Assembly: GCA_047285805.1 (NCBI GenBank)
Contig: JBJBCN010000003.1
Location: 448,001 to 512,000 of the forward strand
Length of the DNA: 64,000 nt
From: Synechococcus sp.
Lineage (GTDB): Bacteria > Cyanobacteriota > Cyanobacteriia > PCC-6307 > Cyanobiaceae
Direction: 5' to 3'
Shown here: in pieces, positions 54,900 through 64,000 of the stretch
Layout: every line of letters starts with the position of its first letter
How positions within the stretch are numbered: position 1 is the stretch's first letter
Position numbers and translations under genes: made by a program
The notes under the pieces: model-generated
Databases searched by the model: none
The model's input: the letters and a program-made list of their open reading frames with translations, nothing else
What the model was told of the DNA's origin: nothing

Positions 54900-55220
54900 A
54901 TGGCCATGGCACAGCTGCATGATCTCAGGCTGCGGCTACTGGTGCAACAAGAGAGTGAGCGCATCGTCGACAGCCTTCCTGACGGCCTCGACCTTTCGGT
55001 GATCCAGGCTCGCTGCCTCTGCTGGCTGGCCCTCTTGGCCGAGGCCCATGAGGACAGCGCCAACGAAGCCGTCCGCGAAGGGGATACCGATCAGGCCATG
55101 GCCTGGTTTGCCGATTCGATGCGTCTGCGTGACGTCATTCAGGTGGTCAGCTCGATCGAGATCCCCATCCCGGGAGCGATCGACGACGCCAGTGACTCCG
55201 GCGACTCCTTGGCCGCTTGA
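54900..55220 (+). CDS. Conserved hypothetical protein
   Basis: Host-like codon usage; helical 106-aa ORF. Confidence 0.75.
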   Translation: MAMAQLHDLRLRLLVQQESERIVDSLPDGLDLSVIQARCLCWLALLAEAHEDSANEAVREGDTDQAMAWFADSMRLRDVIQVVSSIEIPIPGAIDDASDSGDSLAA

Positions 55221-55297
55221 GCCAACACATTCAGAATCTCTTTATTTCTGAGTCGTCCTGGTGTCATGATGGGATTTGACCCACGAAGGGGACTGCG

Positions 55298-55756
55298 GTG
55301 CCGGAAGAGCCCTGCCAATGCCCTGACTGTCAGCGGTTCTATCGAGAGCACGACCGACTGATTCGGGAAAATCCCACGCTGCGTCAGCAACAGGAGCTCA
55401 GCTGGGCTGCCCTGCAGTCATTCCGGACCTTGGCCGGAAGGGTTCTCGAAGATCTGCAAAAATCCACGCCAGAGCCTGCCGCTCAGCCTCCGGCTGCCGC
55501 CGCCGCTGGTGTGGCTCCCCAGGAAGACTCGGCTCACGAGGCTTTGCAGCAGGCCGTCAGCGACCTCGAGAACATCAACGCTCATCTCTTCTCGATCGAG
55601 GCACTCATGGAGCGCATCTTTGATGTGCGTGTTCCCGAGCCCGTGGAGCACAAGTTCCGTGAGATTGCCGGTGAGCTCGCCCCCGATCCGCTTAATGCGG
55701 ATCGCCTGCGCCTCAACCGCCTGCTGCACCAGACTCCCGATCTCCCTGATCGCTGA
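55298..55756 (+). CDS. Conserved hypothetical protein (N-terminal CxCxxC)
   Basis: PCQCPDCQRFYREHDRLIRE; host-like codon usage. Confidence 0.75.
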   Translation: MPEEPCQCPDCQRFYREHDRLIRENPTLRQQQELSWAALQSFRTLAGRVLEDLQKSTPEPAAQPPAAAAAGVAPQEDSAHEALQQAVSDLENINAHLFSIEALMERIFDVRVPEPVEHKFREIAGELAPDPLNADRLRLNRLLHQTPDLPDR

Positions 55757-55791
55757 TCATGTGATTAGCTCCCCGATTTCTTGGAGGGGGG

Positions 55792-58317
<2,526 letters not shown>

Positions 58318-58895
58318 CAGGCCAGCTCGGGTGGGACTGCAGCGCTCTACTGCTGGTTGTCGATCGTCAGGGCGTCCATCTCGTGCTCCTGTGAGGAGAA
58401 ACGGCTGCCAGGAATCCCATCGAGAAAGTCCTGGCTTGGGAGGTCAGAACAGCTGTTCCTTTCTCACTTCACCAAGACGTTGATGGAGCTTGTGTTCGTT
58501 GCTTCAGGAGATGCAGAACGCAGCGTGACAGCAGAGCCGTTAAGGCAATCAGGGGTAACCGTTTCTTTGTAGAGAGTTCAGCGATTTCTGGTGAAGAGTG
58601 TGTCGAAATCCCGATCGCCTGAAACAACGGAACACCCTGTGGTGGCAAGGCCCGTGGACTCAATCTCCATCAGTTCCGTTGGTGAATTCGGCTGAATGGT
58701 CGGCTGCGGTGGCTTGATGGATCTTCGAAGCGGGGTGGATTGCTCAGTACAACGGTTCACATCCCTTGCCTGCCAAAGGATTGGCGGAATCTTTCGCCGT
58801 GGCTTCCGCCGATTTTGCCCCGGTGAAACGTAGCCGTTGTCACAAGGGATGACCCCGTCGGGCGAGACTCTCGTCTGGAATCACTCACGACTGCT

Positions 58896-60233
58896 ATGCC
58901 GGAGATCGGCGCCCACCAGCTCGAAGTGGTCGAAACCCTGATTGGGGTCGGTCGCTTCCTGGTGATTTTTGTGGCGGCTCGCCTGTTGGCGGAACTGCTG
59001 GTGCGCTGGCAGTTGCCCACCATCCTCGGTGAGCTGATCGCCGGCGTGATCATCGGCGCCTCGGGCCTGCACCTGATCGTGCCGCCGGAGACCCAGGCGG
59101 CAGTTGCGAACTGGGCCCTCCAGCTGATGGGTTCCCTTGCGGATGTCCCGCCCCAGCTGGTGGGCCAGGTCTACAACGAGAGTTTCCCCAGCCTGCAGGC
59201 TGTGGCCACCTTGGGTCTCTTTGCCCTGCTCTTCCTCACGGGCTTGGAAAGCGACCTCGATGAGCTGGTCGCCGTGGGTGCCCAAGCGATCACCGTCGCC
59301 GTGGCCGGCGTCGCGGTGCCCTTCGCCCTCGGCACCGCCGGCTTGATGGCGATCTTCCACGTGGAGGTGATCCCCGCCGTCTTTGCTGGAGCGGCGATGA
59401 CGGCTACGAGCATCGGTATCACGGCCAGCGTCTTTGGCGAGCTCAAGATGCTGCGCTCCCGGGAGGGGCAGATCGTGATTGGCGCCGCTGTTCTGGACGA
59501 CATCCTGGGCATCGTCATCCTTGCGGTGGTGGTGAGCATTGCCGGAGGCGGCAGCCTCGAGTTGGGACCGATCCTGAAGCTGTTGGCTGCCGCCGTGGTC
59601 TTCGTGATCGCCGCCATTGGCCTGAGTCGAACTGCCGCTCCTGGATTCGACTGGTTGATTGACCGCCTCAAAGCCCCCGGTGATGTGGTGGTTGCCTCGT
59701 TTGTCGTGTTGACACTCTGCTGCTTCGCGGCCACGGCCATCGGCCTGGAGGCGGCCCTGGGAGCCTTCGCCGCCGGTCTGATTCTGAGCAAGTCGGACCA
59801 CACCCATGCCATCGAGGCGGCGGTGAAGCCGGTGGTGGCACTCTTCGCCACGATCTTTTTTGTGCTGATTGGCACTGGCATGGATCTGTCGGTGCTCAAT
59901 CCCCTGGACCCCGACAACCGTGCGGGTCTGGTGATCGCCGCCTTCCTGCTCGTGGTGGCGATCCTGGGCAAGGTGGTCTCCGGCTGGACCTTCGTCTCCA
60001 AGGAACCCACGAACCGTCTGGTGGTGGGCCTCGGGATGATGCCCCGCGGTGAAGTGGGCCTGATCTTCCTGGGGCTGGGGACCCAGGCAAAGCTGCTCAG
60101 CCCGGCCTTGGAAGCGGCAATCCTGTTGATGGTGATCGGTACCACCTTCTTGGCCCCGATCCTCCTCAGACTGGTCTTGGCTGGAAAGAGTGATGGACCC
60201 GACCTCGACCCCCTCGCCGAAATCCCCACTTAA
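58896..60233 (+). CDS. CPA2 Na+/H+ antiporter (NhaS3-like)
   Basis: LFLTGLE, TATSIGIT, AAVLDDILG, LGAFAAG and GMMPRGEVGLIF. Confidence 0.92.
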   Translation: MPEIGAHQLEVVETLIGVGRFLVIFVAARLLAELLVRWQLPTILGELIAGVIIGASGLHLIVPPETQAAVANWALQLMGSLADVPPQLVGQVYNESFPSLQAVATLGLFALLFLTGLESDLDELVAVGAQAITVAVAGVAVPFALGTAGLMAIFHVEVIPAVFAGAAMTATSIGITASVFGELKMLRSREGQIVIGAAVLDDILGIVILAVVVSIAGGGSLELGPILKLLAAAVVFVIAAIGLSRTAAPGFDWLIDRLKAPGDVVVASFVVLTLCCFAATAIGLEAALGAFAAGLILSKSDHTHAIEAAVKPVVALFATIFFVLIGTGMDLSVLNPLDPDNRAGLVIAAFLLVVAILGKVVSGWTFVSKEPTNRLVVGLGMMPRGEVGLIFLGLGTQAKLLSPALEAAILLMVIGTTFLAPILLRLVLAGKSDGPDLDPLAEIPT

Positions 60234-60744
60234 GGGCTGGCAGTTCTGTTGGGGCGGTTGGCTCGACAACCGCCACGGCGAGTGGTGGCTGCTGGCGCAG
60301 CTGCTGCTGATCGCGGCCACCCTATTTCCCACTTGGCCAGTCCCCGGCAGCTGGGGCTATGCCTGGCCCCTCCCCCTCGCCCTGTCCGGTGCGTTGCTCT
60401 TACTGGTGGGCTTGCTCTTGGCTGCCCAAGCCTTCTGGCGTTTGGGTCCCAGCTTGACGCCCTTGCCCGATCCCAAGCCCGGTGCGGCCTTGGTCACGAG
60501 CGGGGCCTATGGGCGCTGCCGCCATCCGCTCTATCAGTCCGTTTTGCTCTGTGAGCTCGGGGTGGCTATCGCCCTCGGCAGCCTGTTCCACCTTGGGCTC
60601 TTCCTGGCCTTGGCCGCGGTGTTGGGAGGCAAGGCACGGCGAGAAGAGCGCTTACTTGTCCCGCTTCATCCGCAGTACGTCAACTATCGCCGGACGACTC
60701 CGGCGATCTTGCCAGGTCTGCCTTGGTTGGATTGGCGGAGCTGA
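60193..60744 (+). CDS. Isoprenylcysteine/phospholipid methyltransferase family membrane protein
   Basis: LTPLPDP, LVTSGAYGRCRHPLY and KARREERLL..Y..Y. Start uncertain. Confidence 0.85.
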   Translation: MDPTSTPSPKSPLKGWQFCWGGWLDNRHGEWWLLAQLLLIAATLFPTWPVPGSWGYAWPLPLALSGALLLLVGLLLAAQAFWRLGPSLTPLPDPKPGAALVTSGAYGRCRHPLYQSVLLCELGVAIALGSLFHLGLFLALAAVLGGKARREERLLVPLHPQYVNYRRTTPAILPGLPWLDWRS

Positions 60745-60745
60745 G

Positions 60746-61744
60746 TTAAAGCCCGCGCTCTTCCAATTGCTGGGCGGCCCGCTCGAGGACCTCCGGCCCG
60801 GCGTCCCGTTGGCCAGCGGCTTGGCCCAGATTCCGGCGCCAATGGCGGGCGCCGCTGACCCCTTCCACCACCTGCACCAGGTGTCGGGCGATCGACCACA
60901 GTCGCCCACCGCTGCTGCACCAGCCTTCGGCATAGGGAATTAAGCCCCGTACCACCGTGGATGCCTTCGCCACCGCCTGGCTGTCGTCCCCGAAGAGATC
61001 GCGGTCCACCCTGGCCCAGCGCAGCGGGTGGTCGTAGGCGGCACGGCCCACCATCACCCCGTCCACCGCCTCCAGTTGTTCGAGGCAGCTGCTCAGCTCC
61101 AGGAGGCCGCCGTTGAGTTCGATGGTCAACTGGGGGCGGTCGGCCTTGAGCTGATGCACCAGCTCGTAGCGGAGGGGTGGGATGGTGCGGTTTTGCTTGG
61201 GGTCCAAGCCTTCGAGCCAGGCCTTCCGGGCATGGACGCTGAAGCGCTGCGCACCGGCCGCGGCCACTGTGTCGACAAAGGCCAGCAGCTCCTCATAGGA
61301 ATCCCGCTCATCAATGCCGATGCGGTGCTTCACCGTGACCGGTAGCGCCGAGGCCGCGGCCATGGCGCTGATGCAACGCGCCACCTGCTCGGGCTCGGCC
61401 ATCAGGCAGGCCCCAAAGCGCCCCTTCTGGACCTTCTCACTGGGACAGCCGACGTTGAGGTTGATCTCGTTGTAGCCGCGGTCGGCGGCGATGCGTGCGG
61501 CTTCAGCCAGCAAAACGGGGTCGTCTCCCCCCACCTGCAGGGCAATGGGGTGCTCCATCGGGTCGAAGTCGATCAGCCGGTCTCGTCGTTCGCTGTGGTG
61601 GAGGGCCTGGGCCACCACCATTTCGGTGTAGAGCAAGCTGCGACGGCTGATCTGCCGCATCAGCACCCGGAAGTGCCGATCGGTGTAGTCCATCATCGGA
61701 GCCACACTGAAGCGGTAGGCCCCGTTCAGCAGCGAATCGGGCAT
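60746..61744 (-). CDS. dusA: tRNA dihydrouridine synthase DusA
   Basis: SVAPMMDYTDRHFR, LYTEM, NLNVGCPS, VHARKAWL..NRTIPPL and VMVGRAAY. Confidence 0.95.
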   Translation of the reverse strand: MPDSLLNGAYRFSVAPMMDYTDRHFRVLMRQISRRSLLYTEMVVAQALHHSERRDRLIDFDPMEHPIALQVGGDDPVLLAEAARIAADRGYNEINLNVGCPSEKVQKGRFGACLMAEPEQVARCISAMAAASALPVTVKHRIGIDERDSYEELLAFVDTVAAAGAQRFSVHARKAWLEGLDPKQNRTIPPLRYELVHQLKADRPQLTIELNGGLLELSSCLEQLEAVDGVMVGRAAYDHPLRWARVDRDLFGDDSQAVAKASTVVRGLIPYAEGWCSSGGRLWSIARHLVQVVEGVSGARHWRRNLGQAAGQRDAGPEVLERAAQQLEERGL

Positions 61745-61769
61745 CACCCCATGCTCGCCTTTCACGCTG

Positions 61770-63020
61770 ATGCCCCCCCGTTCTGAGCACTGGTCCTTGG
61801 TGGTGGCGGGCGGCGGTCCCGCCGGCTTTATGGCGGCCATCGCCGCAGCCGAGGCGGGTCAGCGGCGCGTGTTGGTCCTGGAGAGCACCCCCGAGCCCCT
61901 GGGCAAGGTCTTGATCAGCGGCGGCGGCCGCTGCAATGTCACCCATGCCTGCTGGGATCCGCGTGAACTGGTGGGCTTCTATCCCCGGGGGGGCAAGGCC
62001 CTGAGGGGACCCTTCAGCCGCTTTGCTGCCGGTGATGCCATCGCTTGGTTTGACGACCACGGCCTGACCCTGGTGGAGGAGGCCGATGGCCGCATGTTTC
62101 CCCAGGCCAACCGCTCCACCGCTGTCATCCAGTGCCTGCGGCAGGCCGCGGAACAGGCGGGGGTGACCCTGCGCAGCAGTGAGGCGCTGCAGCAGGCAGG
62201 CCAGCGGCCCACGGGTGGTTTTGAGCTGACGCTCCGCAGTGGCACCCAGCTCAGCGCCGATTGCCTGGTGCTCGCAACTGGCAGCCACCCCAGCGGCCGT
62301 CGTTTGGCCTCAGGTTTGGGCCATGGCTTGGTGGCGCCGGTGCCCTCGCTGTTCACCCTCGCTTTGAAGCCCAATCCCCTGGTGGGCTTGGCCGGTGTGG
62401 TGATGGATCCGGTGGACCTGGAGTTGGAGGCGGGGGGCCAGCGCTTCCGCCAGAGCGGCCCGGTTCTGATCACCCATTGGGGCCTGAGCGGTCCGGTGAC
62501 CCTGCGGCTGACCGCCTTTGCCGCCCGGACCCTCCATGGCGCGGGGTACAGGGGCAGCTTGCAGGTGGATTGGAGCGGCGGCCGTTCCCTGCAGCAGCTG
62601 GAAGAGCTCTTTGCGGACTGCCGCAGGGATCAGGCCAAGCGTCAACTCAGCAACGCCCGCCCGTGGCCGGGTCTCAGTCGCCGCCTCTGGCAGTTCCTGC
62701 TGAGCCAGGAGGGGGTCGAGCCCGACCGCCGTTGGGCGGATTTGGCGAAGCGTCAGCAGCTCGGCTTGCTTGAGTCCCTGCGTCGTAGTCGTTTCCTGGT
62801 GGCTGGCCGCGGCCCTTTCGGCGAAGAGTTTGTGACCGCCGGTGGCGTGCCGCTGGGGGAGGTCAACCTGGCCACGATGGAGAGTCGGAAGGTAGCGGAG
62901 CTTTACTTGGTGGGTGAGCTCCTGGATGTGGACGGCGTCACTGGCGGCTTCAACTTCCAGCACTGCTGGAGTTCCGGCTGGCTGGCTGGTCAGGCGATTG
63001 CGGCGGCCGGAGCTAGTTGA
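61770..63020 (+). CDS. HI0933/BaiN family flavoprotein
   Basis: GGGPAG, KVLISGGGRCNVT, ITHWGLSGP, VTAGGV and DVDGVTGGFNFQ. Confidence 0.93.
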   Translation: MPPRSEHWSLVVAGGGPAGFMAAIAAAEAGQRRVLVLESTPEPLGKVLISGGGRCNVTHACWDPRELVGFYPRGGKALRGPFSRFAAGDAIAWFDDHGLTLVEEADGRMFPQANRSTAVIQCLRQAAEQAGVTLRSSEALQQAGQRPTGGFELTLRSGTQLSADCLVLATGSHPSGRRLASGLGHGLVAPVPSLFTLALKPNPLVGLAGVVMDPVDLELEAGGQRFRQSGPVLITHWGLSGPVTLRLTAFAARTLHGAGYRGSLQVDWSGGRSLQQLEELFADCRRDQAKRQLSNARPWPGLSRRLWQFLLSQEGVEPDRRWADLAKRQQLGLLESLRRSRFLVAGRGPFGEEFVTAGGVPLGEVNLATMESRKVAELYLVGELLDVDGVTGGFNFQHCWSSGWLAGQAIAAAGAS

Positions 63021-64000
63021 TCTGGTCGAAGATCGAAAACATCGGTAGGTACATCGCCAGCAGGATCGAGCCGACGATGCCGCCCACAATCCCGATCATG
63101 GCGGGCTCCAGCATTGGGGTCAGGGCCTTGACGGCGGCCTCCACCTCGTCTTCATAGAAGTTGGCCACCTTCGAGAGCATGGCGTCCATCTGGCCGGTTT
63201 CTTCGCCGATGGCGAGCATGCTCAAGCCCACCTCCGGAAACACCCTTTGGCGGTCCAGGGCGACGCTCAAGGGGATTCCCTCCTGCACGTCCTGAAGTGA
63301 GCCGACGATGGCCTCGGCAATGACGGCGTTGCCGGCTGTTTCCTGCACGATCTCGAGGGACAGCAGGATCGGCACCCCCGCACGGGTCAGGAAGCTGAAG
63401 GTGCGGCAGAACTTGGCTGTGGCGGTTTTCTGAATCAGATCACCAAAGAGCGGCAGTTTGACCAGCAGCCCATCCACGCGTCTGCGGCCGCTGGCCGTGG
63501 CGTAGACGCGGCCGAACATCCAGACCCCCACGGCCATGGCCAGGCCCAGAAACAGTGAAAACGAAGACCGCAGCAACTGGCTGAGGTCGACCATCGTTTG
63601 CGTGAATAGCGGGAGTTCAGCCCCCAGGTCTTCGAAGATTCCGGCGAAGGTGGGGATCAGAAAGATCGTTATCCCCAAGAAGACCAGGAACGCGATGGCC
63701 AGCACGGCCACGGGGTAGCCCATGGCGCTTTTGATCTGGTTCTGCAGCCGGGCATTGCCCTCAAGCAACTTGGCCAGCCGGCGCAGGCTCTCGTCCAGGA
63801 CGCCCCCCGCTTCGCAGGCCTCCACCATGGCGATGGTGAGCTTGTCGAAGACCCGCTGCCAAAGGCGCAGTGCCGCCCCCAGGCTTCCCGCCTGGTTCAC
63901 TTCCGTGCTCACCGGCTGTCAGGGCCGTTTGAGCAGCCGCATGCGCTGCTGGCGGGTCATCACATCGAGGCTGCGCACGATCGGGCCCCCCGCATCTACG
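63013..64000 (-). pseudogene. pilC: PilC/GspF type IV pilus platform protein, interrupted by an in-frame stop (5' part outside the window)
   Basis: VDAGGPIVRSLD..LKRP*QPVSTEVNQ..AMGYP..GEETGQMDAML..LEPAMI..AMYLPMF, with TGA at 63919-63921. Confidence 0.75.

Noticed and set aside
58830..58843. NtcA-like site GTA-N8-CAC
   Set aside because: One mismatch to consensus and no correctly spaced -10 element on either strand.

Overview
High-GC picocyanobacterial (Synechococcus/Cyanobium-type) chromosome segment. Evidence for the lineage: psaC, ndhS, an RpaB-like regulator, a group-2 sigma factor and cyanobacterial rnpB. Most of the window is core genes: mgtE, mutY, ahcY, mreBCD, lysS, egtBD, smpB, ruvB, kdsABCD, TPP riboswitch-thiC, tkt, fabF, acpP, glmS, manC, rimM, rnc, rnpB, tRNA-Arg, glgP and dusA. 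The standout is a low-GC island of about 12.7 kb (32626-45360) between the convergent thiC and tkt genes. Its minus-strand half is a tightly coupled six-gene operon. Five genes match, from my recollection of the families, the Campylobacter jejuni O-methyl phosphoramidate (MeOPN) pathway: Cj1415-like kinase, Cj1419-like methyltransferase, Cj1418-like L-glutamine kinase, Cj1417-like amidohydrolase and Cj1416-like cytidylyltransferase. The sixth is a divergent sulfotransferase-fold gene that I propose as the phosphoramidate transferase. The plus-strand half has FdtA/FdtB-like amino-sugar genes (fdtA overlaps the thiC stop), a decayed FdtC-like acetyltransferase, a GT41-like protein and two methyltransferase-like ORFs. 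Together these suggest a P-N-bond surface-glycan modification system in a cyanobacterium. All family assignments come from motif reading, not database searches.
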